The notes under the pieces are model-generated. The model saw only the letters and a program-made list of their open reading frames with translations. It did not search any database and was not told the origin of the DNA. A stretch of DNA of 64,000 nucleotides from a virus. Position 1 is the first letter of the stretch; every line of letters starts with the position of its first letter. Shown in pieces: positions 48,422 to 57,990 of the stretch. A program made the translations under genes and the position numbers. Location of the stretch: positions 1 through 64,000 of the IMG/VR virus record IMGVR_UViG_3300023174_000101; one strand, 5' to 3'.

Positions 48422-49546
48422 TTACTGCTGAGCCTTGCCCTTCAATACTTCGTCACGAATCTTCTGTAGGATTGCCTTGTCTGCAGCACGCAGGGCTGCA
48501 ATGAAGGCATCCTCACCGTTCGCCTTGATGGTGTCGTACGTATACCAGGATGAAGACTTGCCAATGACGCCAAGCGCCAGGGCGGTCTGCACTACGTCCT
48601 TATACACGTCTACGCCAGCATAGTAGACCTGGCCAGAGTCGTCCGTCACGTTCTCGAAGTAGATATCGTACTGGATTGGCGTTACAGGGATGGCTGCAGT
48701 CTTATTCTTGTGCAGCTTCGCCTCTACCGTTACGCCGATACGACGCTCTTCGAACTGGCCGGTGATGCTGGGCACCTTCTTGATAATGTCGCCCCGCTTC
48801 TTAACCTCTATGGAGTAAGTCTCATAGAACTTAAGTGCATTACCGCCAGTGTGTTCCTCGGGGCTGCCGAACATAACCATGGGCTTTGCACGCTTCTGGT
48901 TAATCATCCACACAACCGACCGCTTGAACCCGTTGAGTAGTGCGGTAAGCTGTTGCAGACCCTCGGACATCATCACCGATGAAGTCGCCTTCTGTCCCTG
49001 GCCAATCGTAGCTGTCATACGAGAGGAGGGGATAAGCGCGGGGATTGAGTCCACGATGATGAATTCGATACCGTTCTGTACGAGAATCTTCATGATATCG
49101 AAGTAGTCCTCGCCAGACAGAATCTTCTCCGGTGAACTCTGGAACAGGAGGAGCTTGTCCGTGTCGATGCCTACGGACTTGGCCATTGCGGGTGAATACG
49201 TACCCTCTGCGTCGAGGAACGCCACCCGACCCTCTCCATCCGTGTTGCCCACGCATGGGGTGAACTTTGAGCGCTGGATGTTCGCGGCCACCGTCAGTGC
49301 GGTGAGTGTCTTACCAGTGCCCTCCCATCCCCATGCGTTTACTACGCGACCACCAAGGAGACCACCCACACCCAAGTACCTATCCATGGACAGAATCCCG
49401 GATGGATACAGGTATGTAATGTCCTGTGTCTCTGAAAGGGACGAAGCCACGGAGGCTACATCTGCTTTCAGATGCTTGTTAATCGCCGTAGCAAGGGCAA
49501 CTAAGTCCTTGCCTTTTGGCGTATCCTTAAAACGATCGTCAGCCAT
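48422..49546 (-). CDS. recA: RecA/UvsX recombinase
   Basis: SGILSMDRYLGVGG, GWEGTGKT, FLDAEG, IIVDSIPAL, INQ.R, TGGNALKFY, KNK. Confidence 0.95.
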   Translation of the reverse strand: MADDRFKDTPKGKDLVALATAINKHLKADVASVASSLSETQDITYLYPSGILSMDRYLGVGGLLGGRVVNAWGWEGTGKTLTALTVAANIQRSKFTPCVGNTDGEGRVAFLDAEGTYSPAMAKSVGIDTDKLLLFQSSPEKILSGEDYFDIMKILVQNGIEFIIVDSIPALIPSSRMTATIGQGQKATSSVMMSEGLQQLTALLNGFKRSVVWMINQKRAKPMVMFGSPEEHTGGNALKFYETYSIEVKKRGDIIKKVPSITGQFEERRIGVTVEAKLHKNKTAAIPVTPIQYDIYFENVTDDSGQVYYAGVDVYKDVVQTALALGVIGKSSSWYTYDTIKANGEDAFIAALRAADKAILQKIRDEVLKGKAQQ

Positions 49547-49549
49547 GGG

Positions 49550-50653
49550 TTAGCCCCGTGCGCCGCGCATTTCACCGAGCTTAGACTCAAGAGCCATGCG
49601 GAGGGTCTCAAGCTGATGCTCGGACAGCTTGTAGTACTCCGCGTGACCTACCTCCTTCTTGAGGATAGGGAGCAGAGTCTGAATCATTCCCATGCCCTGG
49701 AACTCGGGCTGAGAGTTCAGCCATGAGCTGAACGCATCGACCACGTTCTTGGACGCCTGGTCGCCATTTACGGCCTTAACCTCAACGTTCGGGGTGGCCG
49801 CGTTGACGATCGGCAGCTTAGGAGCAGCCACCGGGGTGGGGGCAGCTGCAGCTACCGGTGCAGTCATGGGGGCTCCAGCCACCGCGTTAGCGATGACGTT
49901 GGCGATGCCAGCTGCGCCGTTCATAAAGACTGCAGGATTGTTGGATTGTCGCAGCTGGAACTGGGCCTGTCCAGCAGGGAGCCCGTACTGTGCCTGTGTG
50001 TTGCCCTCTGGCAGTGCGGTGGAGCCATCGCCGCCACGGATTGCAGCCACGAGCTTGGGCGTGTCCGTGGGCGCACGGTCCCGCATTGCGACCGTCAGCA
50101 CGGACTTTGCCTGGTCCTCAAGCTCTGGCGTCACGTCGAACGCAGAGGCATCGAGGCGCAGGGAGTTATAGCGCGTCATCTTGCGCTCGCCAGTCTTCCA
50201 CACACGCCAGTCACAGCGGCGGAGGTCCTGCCCGCGAGTGTCCTGTGTGTCGAACCACTTGTCCATTTCCTGGAAGATCTGGTTACCGCCCTTGAGCACC
50301 TCCACCTGCGTGGTGCTGTGGTTGTACACAGGCAGCATGTGGATGGGGGTCTTGGGGAAGTCAACCCGCTTGCCCTGCCGGTTCGTCTGCTCCTCGCCTG
50401 AGAGCATTGACCAGAGGGGGTCGGGAGTGCTGCACAGATAGCAACCTGCGCCGGAACGGTTAGTCGCAGTGCAGGTCTCGTAAGCGAACTTACGCACCGT
50501 CTGCGGCTGGCCGTTAGGCCCAGCAGTCTTTACCTCCTGAATCTTGTGGACCCAGACGGTCTGCGGCTTTGCGGACAGGGGGCGAAGGGTAACAGGCTCG
50601 CCCTTGACTTCAACATAAACGGACTGCTTCGTAGAATCAGCTAGAAAACCCAT
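49550..50653 (-). CDS. Single-stranded DNA-binding protein (gp32-like) with Ala/Pro-rich tail
   Basis: TLRPL...WVHK...C....GCYLC zinc motif, adjacent to recA. Confidence 0.55.
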   Translation of the reverse strand: MGFLADSTKQSVYVEVKGEPVTLRPLSAKPQTVWVHKIQEVKTAGPNGQPQTVRKFAYETCTATNRSGAGCYLCSTPDPLWSMLSGEEQTNRQGKRVDFPKTPIHMLPVYNHSTTQVEVLKGGNQIFQEMDKWFDTQDTRGQDLRRCDWRVWKTGERKMTRYNSLRLDASAFDVTPELEDQAKSVLTVAMRDRAPTDTPKLVAAIRGGDGSTALPEGNTQAQYGLPAGQAQFQLRQSNNPAVFMNGAAGIANVIANAVAGAPMTAPVAAAAPTPVAAPKLPIVNAATPNVEVKAVNGDQASKNVVDAFSSWLNSQPEFQGMGMIQTLLPILKKEVGHAEYYKLSEHQLETLRMALESKLGEMRGARG

Positions 50654-50669
50654 GGTAGTGTATATCCTT

Positions 50670-50819
50670 TTACTTAGAGAAATGAATTGTGAGAATGTCG
50701 CCGTCTTTAACTTCGATTGATTTGTCCAGCTCTAGGTTAAACTTTGTACCGTCCATACAGACGATCAAAGCCTTTCCTTTAGCTGCTTTAATGACTTGTA
50801 CTTTATCGCCGTTTTTCAT
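50670..50819 (-). CDS. 49-aa hypothetical protein absent from the ORF track
   Basis: MKNGDKVQVIKAAKGKALIVCMDG...; TAATG overlap with the PurZ-like stop. Confidence 0.55.
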   Translation of the reverse strand: MKNGDKVQVIKAAKGKALIVCMDGTKFNLELDKSIEVKDGDILTIHFSK

Positions 50820-51997
50820 TAATTGACTGTATCACTGTGATTATCTGGATTATAGTATCTGCCTTCTGAATCAAATGGTAGCGCCATTTGGCCCCCAGCC
50901 GCACGAATGGTTTCACCGTTACGAGTAACGATTTCACCGTTCTTTGCGCCCGTTCCGACTAGCGTTACCGGTACACCTCCCACTTCTTCTACCCTACGAA
51001 TGAAGTTCTTGCTCTTCTCTGTCAGCGTGGAAAAATCACCCTTCTTGCAATTGTCGTGCCAGTCGATATACTGGATGAAATTCACTGCAATTTGTGTAGG
51101 ACCACACACGTTCACGAAGTTACGGAATAGAGCATCCGACCACGTAAACACACGACGCACTCGCTTAGTCACAGTAGTCCTCTCGTACAACTCCATTGGA
51201 CCACCACACTCTGACATTACGTCTGCCCAGGTGACCTCCTTGGCGTCAAAGGGCACTGGACCTGACCACCCTACAGTACCGTCTTCGGCTACGAAGTTAC
51301 CCACCCGGATGGGCCAGGTGCGTACGATACCGATTACCTCGCCCACCGCCTTGGGAGGCACACCCATACCGCCTAAGAAGGAACTGGTGTTGGTACCGCC
51401 AGACGTGCAGTATGGGAAGTCGATGCCGTGGGAGATATCCAGGCCGAACCCCTGGTGGCCCTCATGCAGGAAGGTCTCGCCTGCAATAAGTCTGCTGTGA
51501 ATTAGGTGGGTGGTGTTGCAGGTGAATGGCTTGAGCCACTCAATGTCCTTGGAGAGGCGTACACCCTCCTCGCGACGAATACGACGGGCCTTAGCAGCGC
51601 CCACACCCTGCATTGTACCACCGATGCGGCCTAGGTGCTGCTTCTCCCACAGGACGTCCTCTTCCTCTACAACCACTGCACGGTCGGATACGAACAGACG
51701 CTCTGGGGTGAGCTTAAACTGCTCAATCTCCTTCTTGAGGATGTCGAGCGAGAGCGTGGACTCTGGCCCGATGATGAGCTTGGTTGATGGATTTAGGACA
51801 CCGGTCGGAATCTGCTTGACGAGAATCTCCGTGCCGTCGTCTAGTACAGTAACGTGGCCCGCGTTCGCACTGAACGAACAGGTGGCCCACTCAGGCTTGT
51901 CCTCTAGTACGATGTACGCAAGCATCTTGCCCTTGCCGCAGGAGCCCACGCCAGCATCTAAACCAATATTGAACTTGCCCTTCTGTAAGTATCGCAC
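50819..51997 (-). CDS. purZ: Adenylosuccinate-synthetase paralog with PurZ signatures
   Basis: GSCGKGK (Ser in place of the PurA Asp of GDEGKG), NAGH, EGHQG, PYCTS, RTWPIRVGN..SGP, ERTTVTKRVRRV, NFIQY in place of TKLD. Confidence 0.75.
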   Translation of the reverse strand: MRYLQKGKFNIGLDAGVGSCGKGKMLAYIVLEDKPEWATCSFSANAGHVTVLDDGTEILVKQIPTGVLNPSTKLIIGPESTLSLDILKKEIEQFKLTPERLFVSDRAVVVEEEDVLWEKQHLGRIGGTMQGVGAAKARRIRREEGVRLSKDIEWLKPFTCNTTHLIHSRLIAGETFLHEGHQGFGLDISHGIDFPYCTSGGTNTSSFLGGMGVPPKAVGEVIGIVRTWPIRVGNFVAEDGTVGWSGPVPFDAKEVTWADVMSECGGPMELYERTTVTKRVRRVFTWSDALFRNFVNVCGPTQIAVNFIQYIDWHDNCKKGDFSTLTEKSKNFIRRVEEVGGVPVTLVGTGAKNGEIVTRNGETIRAAGGQMALPFDSEGRYYNPDNHSDTVN

Positions 51998-52018
51998 TTG
52001 TATTGCCTTTCGGTTAGA

Positions 52019-52303
52019 CTACTTTATAAAGGACGACATGGCGTTCTGCAGTATCTCTACCATGTCGTCATTCTTTGGTGGATTTACTATTCTGCCTACT
52101 ACTTTGCTGCCAGACAGTATTAGGAAAGTCGGCACAGGCAATACTCTGTGCTTAGCCACGACAGCCAGATCGTCCAGGTCTTGAGTATAAAAGTCAATCA
52201 TTCTGCCGTCTGGTACTAGCTTTAGCAGATCTTCGAACTCTTTGTTGCGTGGACAATCTGGTGTCGTTATGCAGACAACTTCAATCGTGCTTTTTCTTGC
52301 CAT
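52019..52303 (-). CDS. Thioredoxin/glutaredoxin-like protein
   Basis: TPDCPRN active-site-like segment, VPTFLI cis-Pro motif, next to RNR. Confidence 0.7.
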   Translation of the reverse strand: MARKSTIEVVCITTPDCPRNKEFEDLLKLVPDGRMIDFYTQDLDDLAVVAKHRVLPVPTFLILSGSKVVGRIVNPPKNDDMVEILQNAMSSFIK

Positions 52304-55300
52304 TAAGATATGTGGCAGACGCTAAACCCACATGACTTGCAGGACTCACAGCCGCCACCCATTTCTAGAGTGTTTTGATTGCACTCTGGGCATAGCTGTC
52401 CTCCTGCATCAGAATAATTAGCCACGATATTCTCTTCCACAGGCGCAACCTCTGCAGCGGCGGGCACTTCATTGGTCTGCGGCTGTGTGTCGGCTTTCTT
52501 CTGGGTGGATAGAGCCTGGTGGGACCTGCACCCGTCACGATACACAGTGATTCCCTTACAACCGTTCTGCCAGGCAAGTATGTATGCGTGGCGCACGTCG
52601 TCCTCGGTCGCGGAGTTCGGGAGGTTGATGGTCTTCGAGATTGAGTTATCGATGTGCTTCTGCCATACAGCCTGCATCAGGACGTGGTCCTTGTGCTGGA
52701 CATCATTAGCCTGCGCAAATAAGAGCTGAATATCCTCAGGGACATCCAGGCAACCCATAAGGCTATTGTGAGCAAAATAATACTCATATACGCTGTTTCT
52801 CTTAGACTCAGAGAGACTGTTGAGCCAGCTTTCGAAGAGCGGATGAGACTCATACATAATCATGCCAGCCTGCTCACGGCGTAGCAACAAGCCGAATACG
52901 GGCTCAATGCTTGTAGAGCAACCTGCAATCATCGCAGTCGTACCAGTAGGAGCGACTGTTGTACGGCAAGCGTTACGCATTGCGGACCATCCCTCCTTCT
53001 GTACCTCTGAGCCCTCAAAGGACCCGAATGAGCCACGCTCCTTGCCGAGCTTGAACGAGGCCAAGTCTGCATGCTTACGGTGGAATGATGCGATCTTCTC
53101 AGCAGCAACGCGTGCCTTCTCTGATGCATACGGAATGCCAAGCATGATTAGCATGTCAGCAAAGCCCATGACGCCAAGGCCAATCTTACGATTGGTGTCG
53201 CGGTGCATCTTCTCAATCTCTGCAGTTGCGTAATGATTGAGTTCGATCACGTTATCTAGGAAGCGCACACCCCAGTAAATGTCCTCCTCGTACTGCCTCC
53301 AGTCAAAGCGATCTTCCCAATTGGGGGACACAACATCGGTCTTCACGTACATGGCCAGGTTGTGATGACCAAGAGTACATGCCTCATTTGGGAGTAGCCA
53401 CTGCTCGCCGCAGTTGGAGATAGTGATACCATTGGCGCACATACGGTGTGTGGGCTCAATGGTGAGGCAGAATGTCTCCTCCTCACCGTCGAAGTCGATG
53501 GACACAATTTCGTCTAGGCGGCTAGTCTCACGGAGTTTGTGGTTTATTAGAATATTATTCAGCTTCTCAGTCTTGTAATCCTGGGTGAATCCGATTTCGC
53601 TAGCGAAATATCCGACTGCAGACCCAGTTATGCTAAGCTCATAACACCTGCCGTCAGAGCCATACTTCTGCACTGAACCATCAGGCAGTGTGTGCTTGAA
53701 TAACTCCTCACGCGGCTCACGTGACCGGTCATACTTGGTGCAGTAGATACCGAACCTAGACAGTAGCACCTGTGCGCCACTGATAAGAGCTTCACTCTTG
53801 GATGTTAGACGTACACCGTAGTTACCCTTATGAGAGTCGTAGACTACATGGCCGTCCGCAGAGAATAGACCACGTAGGAATCCTGCCGCCACATCCATGC
53901 TGGCATTGTTCACGCATGCGGGCACTTCCTTCTCACCCGCCTTGTGTGGGATGATACCTAGATCCTTCACAGCCCACGTCCAGATGCGTGACGATAGCAG
54001 CTGCGTGGTGTTGAACTGCTCACGCACGTGGGCTGTAGCTGGGACTCCAACGTGCTTTGCAATTAAGCCGTTAATATGCTCTACGTACGCAAAGTCAGGA
54101 CCGCCAACTACAATGCCTGCCATCCTAGACTTGGACTCCATGTGGCTAAGGTAGCCGTCGCCAATGAGCCAACCGACTAACTCGCCAAAGCTGAAATTAT
54201 CCTGATTGACAGGCTCTCTGTGCATCTTTGGCTGTAGCGTAACTACATCGCCAATGACTAAGTCACGGGTCTCCTTAACTCCAGCCTCAGTTGGCCACCT
54301 GTGATTGTCTGTGGCGCGGACTGAATACCCTCTACGAGTGGTAACCTTATATACCTTCTTTACCCCGGAGTCAATGTACTGGGTGATATCCTCAAGCTCG
54401 CCAGATGGGGATAGCGCCTTCTTTGCAGCATTCTTGCGAACGATATCCACAATTGGCTGTAGACCATTCTCCGTGGCGATTAAAGTCTCACCCGTCACGC
54501 ATGGGTTAGTTGCACTTAGGTGGCCCACGTGTGGTGTCGGGTTTGCGCGGTTTGCGGCGTCGATAAACAGTAGTCCTGGGTCGCCCGTGCTCCAGGCACT
54601 CTTCACCAGATGGTTAAATAACTGACGGGCCTTAATGGTCTTTACGGTCTTGCCATCTGCGCGTGACTTTAGATTCCAATCTAAGTCATTCAGTACTGCA
54701 TTCATGAACTTGTCAGTTGCGGCTACGGACACGTTGAACGATGCGCATGAACCGTCCTGGTGCTTGAACGTGATGAACTCCTCGATGTCTGGATGATCGT
54801 CCGGTAGAACGCCCATGTTTGCACCATTGCGGATGCCACCTTGGGTGATGAACTCGGACATCATGTAGTTCATCAACTTAATGATTGGGATTGGACCCGC
54901 TGCGTTATGTCCGGTGGACTTGACGAGAGCGCCGCGTTCGCGGATGTTGCCGAAGTTAAATCCAGTGCCGCCGCCTGACTTCTGAACTAATGCCTGATTC
55001 TTAAGGGCATCCATGATGCCCTCCATAGAGTCCTGAATCGGCAACACGTAGCAGGCTGCAAGCTGCCCACGGTCACGACCCGAATTTGCAAGCGTAGGAG
55101 TGTTGGGCATCCAACGCAGGGAGCGCATCATTTCATACGCTCGGTCATGCATCTCCTGTGACTTCTCGTGCGTGCCGAATTTGAACTCAGCACGCGAGTT
55201 AAATATGGCCACACGCTCGAACAGCTCTTCTGGTGTTGACTCTATAAACGAGCCATCTGGATTCTTCCAGTAGTACCGCTTCTGTAGGACCTTCTTTGCG

Positions 55301-55332
55301 TTTGTGTTGATCTCAGGAAACTTTGAAGACAT
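52303..55332 (-). CDS. nrdJ: Class II (adenosylcobalamin-dependent) ribonucleotide reductase with intein
   Basis: PNTPTL, LAACYV, GGGTG, RNGANM, TNP|CGEQ, ACTLG, APTGT, SKTIN, KGITVYRDG, C-terminal CPEC..GCESCKSCGFS. Confidence 0.93.
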   Translation of the reverse strand: MSSKFPEINTNAKKVLQKRYYWKNPDGSFIESTPEELFERVAIFNSRAEFKFGTHEKSQEMHDRAYEMMRSLRWMPNTPTLANSGRDRGQLAACYVLPIQDSMEGIMDALKNQALVQKSGGGTGFNFGNIRERGALVKSTGHNAAGPIPIIKLMNYMMSEFITQGGIRNGANMGVLPDDHPDIEEFITFKHQDGSCASFNVSVAATDKFMNAVLNDLDWNLKSRADGKTVKTIKARQLFNHLVKSAWSTGDPGLLFIDAANRANPTPHVGHLSATNPCVTGETLIATENGLQPIVDIVRKNAAKKALSPSGELEDITQYIDSGVKKVYKVTTRRGYSVRATDNHRWPTEAGVKETRDLVIGDVVTLQPKMHREPVNQDNFSFGELVGWLIGDGYLSHMESKSRMAGIVVGGPDFAYVEHINGLIAKHVGVPATAHVREQFNTTQLLSSRIWTWAVKDLGIIPHKAGEKEVPACVNNASMDVAAGFLRGLFSADGHVVYDSHKGNYGVRLTSKSEALISGAQVLLSRFGIYCTKYDRSREPREELFKHTLPDGSVQKYGSDGRCYELSITGSAVGYFASEIGFTQDYKTEKLNNILINHKLRETSRLDEIVSIDFDGEEETFCLTIEPTHRMCANGITISNCGEQWLLPNEACTLGHHNLAMYVKTDVVSPNWEDRFDWRQYEEDIYWGVRFLDNVIELNHYATAEIEKMHRDTNRKIGLGVMGFADMLIMLGIPYASEKARVAAEKIASFHRKHADLASFKLGKERGSFGSFEGSEVQKEGWSAMRNACRTTVAPTGTTAMIAGCSTSIEPVFGLLLRREQAGMIMYESHPLFESWLNSLSESKRNSVYEYYFAHNSLMGCLDVPEDIQLLFAQANDVQHKDHVLMQAVWQKHIDNSISKTINLPNSATEDDVRHAYILAWQNGCKGITVYRDGCRSHQALSTQKKADTQPQTNEVPAAAEVAPVEENIVANYSDAGGQLCPECNQNTLEMGGGCESCKSCGFSVCHIS
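53413..54501 (-). mobile_element. RNR intein, 363 aa, with in-frame LAGLIDADG endonuclease
   Basis: CVTGETLI start, ATDNHRW block B, LVGWLIGDG and FLRGLFSADG, ends MCANGITISN before the Cys of CGEQ. Confidence 0.95.
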
Positions 55333-55562
55333 GACGGTTGCGTTCTCCGGAAGAGGTAATATACTACTTAAGCATGCTGTCTGGATTGTTCTACTGTTTG
55401 TCTGTCGAACTTATGGCAGGAGGATTGAGGTGTTTGTATGTTTCACAAAGAGGTCTCATGTTTCTCTCCTGACTCAAGTCGCAAGGACAATTATAGGATG
55501 ACCCGTTCCTTCCAGAAACCCATTCGCGTGTGTGTGCACTGATATATTGCCAGAAACATTAC

Positions 55563-55793
55563 TTATGTGCTTTCCTGGCGCGTCCTTCGTGCTCTCTTTG
55601 CTCTTGACTGCAGGCGGGCTTCACGCGCATGAACTTTACAGTGACGCACTTGAGTGCGATCCTGTGGCTTAATGTAGCGTATCTGTGTGCACGACACGTG
55701 CTCGCACACAATCTTAAGCGAGTAGATGTTAGTATCGACCCTTTCATTCTCGCCGCGTTCGTTCACTTGTGTTGCGAGCTTTGGTTCCGTCAT
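55563..55793 (-). CDS. Small basic zinc-finger protein
   Basis: IVCEHVSCTQIRYIKPQDRTQVRHCKVH. Confidence 0.55.
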   Translation of the reverse strand: MTEPKLATQVNERGENERVDTNIYSLKIVCEHVSCTQIRYIKPQDRTQVRHCKVHAREARLQSRAKRARRTRQEST

Positions 55794-57028
55794 ACATTCA
55801 TTTTCTTTAACAGCGCGGCGGCTGCGGCGCAATCTTCTTCTTCTGAATGTTCTTCTATGTAGCGTTTCACGTATTCACGTACTTTCTTAACCCTACGTGC
55901 AGCGAGCGATGCGCTACAATTGTGGTGCTCGCCAATCTTCTTAGAGAAGTTCACACATTTGCCAATTAAGAAATGATCAGCACCGCACGTATCTGCAGGG
56001 TCAAGTGTTTTCTCGTGGCCACACTTGCCCTGGGTCTTAAATAACTTGCACCGCTCTGTGCAGATGGTGCTTGCGGATGCCACGCACTTCTTGCACATTT
56101 CAGCAGATGCTTCTGACTTTACAAGGATATCAAACACTTCCTTGGTCTTAGACACAGCTGTAGGATCACGCGGGTCGAGCGGCAAGTAGTTGTACAGTTT
56201 AGTTATGAGCCCGTCTATGAGTAGATCTTCCTCAAGTTCGGATAATGTAGTTTCCGTGTCCGCGCCGCTCGAAGTCTGTGCTAGCAGATCATCACCGCCA
56301 TGAGCGCGTGCGTCTATGCGCACATTCTGCGATTCACAGTGAATACACTTACGGTTAAACTGACGCTGCCAGGTATGGCCGCACGTTTTACACATGCGGA
56401 ATTTCTTAGACCTATACGACGAATTGCCCGTTGGCCAATACTTGCACGTATCGGTGGAATTGCATTTTGCACACGCGGACGAGTCCTCCTTGGTAGAGAC
56501 ACTAGACCCACCGCCACAGTCATCACACACCATCATGATGTTGCGCCTGTATGCTTTATTTAGCATATTGCGCACACCCATTATCCCCATATTCCTCAAG
56601 TAGTGAACTGGGTTGCAGTTGGTGTTGCGGTGCGCAAATGTGAGACCGCTCGTAGACTTCTCGTCGTCAGGGTCGTCCGTGTGTTGACCGTCAACCACGC
56701 GAACAGACACGATTTCGCCAGTCATGCTTGCCCTTGGGAGATACTTAAATACCGCCTCCCAAAAGGTAGACACAACATCTGACATGTCGGTGCCGAAGCT
56801 GGCCGAATTGCCAGCCTTACCACCGTTGTGCTTATAGCGTTCGTGTTCGAACGTCTTACGAATGATGCCTTGCCTGTTTACGTCCCAAATATTATATCCT
56901 TCAACTCCGGATATAAGATCCATAGTCGTCTGTAAGGCGTCTTTGTCTACTTCATTCGTGGCGACTGAGTGTTGCAACTTGGCTACGACTTGATTCGCAG
57001 TCTCGTTTTGTACCCACTTTGTACTCAT
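55790..57028 (-). CDS. Sigma-factor-like protein carrying multiple zinc ribbons
   Basis: Region-2-like DMSDVVSTFWEAV..HYLRNMGIMGVRNML; CDDC, CAKC, CKTC, CIHC, CKKC; terminal HTH KKIGEHHNCSASLAARRVKKV. Confidence 0.5.
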   Translation of the reverse strand: MSTKWVQNETANQVVAKLQHSVATNEVDKDALQTTMDLISGVEGYNIWDVNRQGIIRKTFEHERYKHNGGKAGNSASFGTDMSDVVSTFWEAVFKYLPRASMTGEIVSVRVVDGQHTDDPDDEKSTSGLTFAHRNTNCNPVHYLRNMGIMGVRNMLNKAYRRNIMMVCDDCGGGSSVSTKEDSSACAKCNSTDTCKYWPTGNSSYRSKKFRMCKTCGHTWQRQFNRKCIHCESQNVRIDARAHGGDDLLAQTSSGADTETTLSELEEDLLIDGLITKLYNYLPLDPRDPTAVSKTKEVFDILVKSEASAEMCKKCVASASTICTERCKLFKTQGKCGHEKTLDPADTCGADHFLIGKCVNFSKKIGEHHNCSASLAARRVKKVREYVKRYIEEHSEEEDCAAAAALLKKMNV

Positions 57029-57034
57029 GCGCTC

Positions 57035-57706
57035 CTACTTGCTTAGTCTACAGACACTGCATAGCTTGACTTGAAAGCAGTCAGCCAGATGGATCGTCCT
57101 AGTGCTCAAGCAACCTGGGCCTGACTTTTGACATTTAATATCAAGAATGGTGCCGCCTGGCTTGTCCGGGTCTGCACGGAACGTGCCAGCGATTGCCCAT
57201 GAGTACTTTTTTACCACAGCGTCCTGCGACTGTGAATCACTGTATACTGGCACCTTTTGTTTCTTGGGCTGGCCCGCATGCTTAGGTGGCTGTCCTGACG
57301 CCATGCGGGCGACTTCGTTCTTCGTCTTCTCGCGCTCGCGCTTGGCCTTGTTAATCTCCTTAAGCTTTTCCTTTACGTCTTCTGGCATTGGCGGAGCGTC
57401 ACTGTCTAGAGGCTTAATTTTGCCTTTAGCCCACGAGCCCAAGTAGTGCTGCTCGAACTTCTGCCGCGCCTTCTCTAAATACTCTGCTTTCTTTTCTGCG
57501 TTGGCCTCAAGTGACGCCAGAAATAAATGCTTCATAGCATAATCTGGAATTTCAAGCTTGTATGGCTCCAAATACTCAGAATACAACCGTTTCATTTCCT
57601 GCACTACATCGTCAGGCATCTCTACATCTACATACGGTGTAAGATCAGTGGTTGGCAGGACGTGTGGCACGCTTGCGCTTTGTGTCTTTTTTATGTGCTT
57701 TTTCAT
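57035..57706 (-). CDS. Basic protein with C-terminal zinc finger
   Basis: IKCQKSGPGCLSTRTIHLADCFQVKLCSVC. Confidence 0.6.
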   Translation of the reverse strand: MKKHIKKTQSASVPHVLPTTDLTPYVDVEMPDDVVQEMKRLYSEYLEPYKLEIPDYAMKHLFLASLEANAEKKAEYLEKARQKFEQHYLGSWAKGKIKPLDSDAPPMPEDVKEKLKEINKAKREREKTKNEVARMASGQPPKHAGQPKKQKVPVYSDSQSQDAVVKKYSWAIAGTFRADPDKPGGTILDIKCQKSGPGCLSTRTIHLADCFQVKLCSVCRLSK

Positions 57707-57986
57707 CTTCTTGACTCTCAAATGCATATGCTGGTGAGTTTGGATCTTCGTAAACGCCGCCAGTGCCAGCCAGCACGGACAGTGGTGTGCATCCGAATAT
57801 GCTATACACGTGTGGCGAGCATATAATACCCCACGCGAGCGCAACTACAGTTAGCCATTTTGTGAAGTGTAAGGCACCTATAAACAACTTAAACGCAGAT
57901 TTGATTATGAATATCCAACCCCTTGCTGGTAGGGTCAAATAGACTATCATTCCACCAAGGATCAGAATAGTCCATGGGTATCTCAT
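57645..57986 (-). CDS. Putative membrane protein
   Basis: Two to three hydrophobic segments, basic C-terminus. Confidence 0.5.
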   Translation of the reverse strand: MRYPWTILILGGMIVYLTLPARGWIFIIKSAFKLFIGALHFTKWLTVVALAWGIICSPHVYSIFGCTPLSVLAGTGGVYEDPNSPAYAFESQEDEKAHKKDTKRKRATRPANH

Positions 57987-57990
57987 ATGT

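Noticed and set aside
50907-52184. + strand ORFs of 197 and 224 aa opposite the PurZ-like gene
   Set aside because: Ser/Pro/Thr-rich shadows of a well-supported gene
55530-55555. Possible NrdR box (CAATATATCAGTG) upstream of nrdJ
   Set aside because: Single copy, off-consensus spacing, far from the start codon
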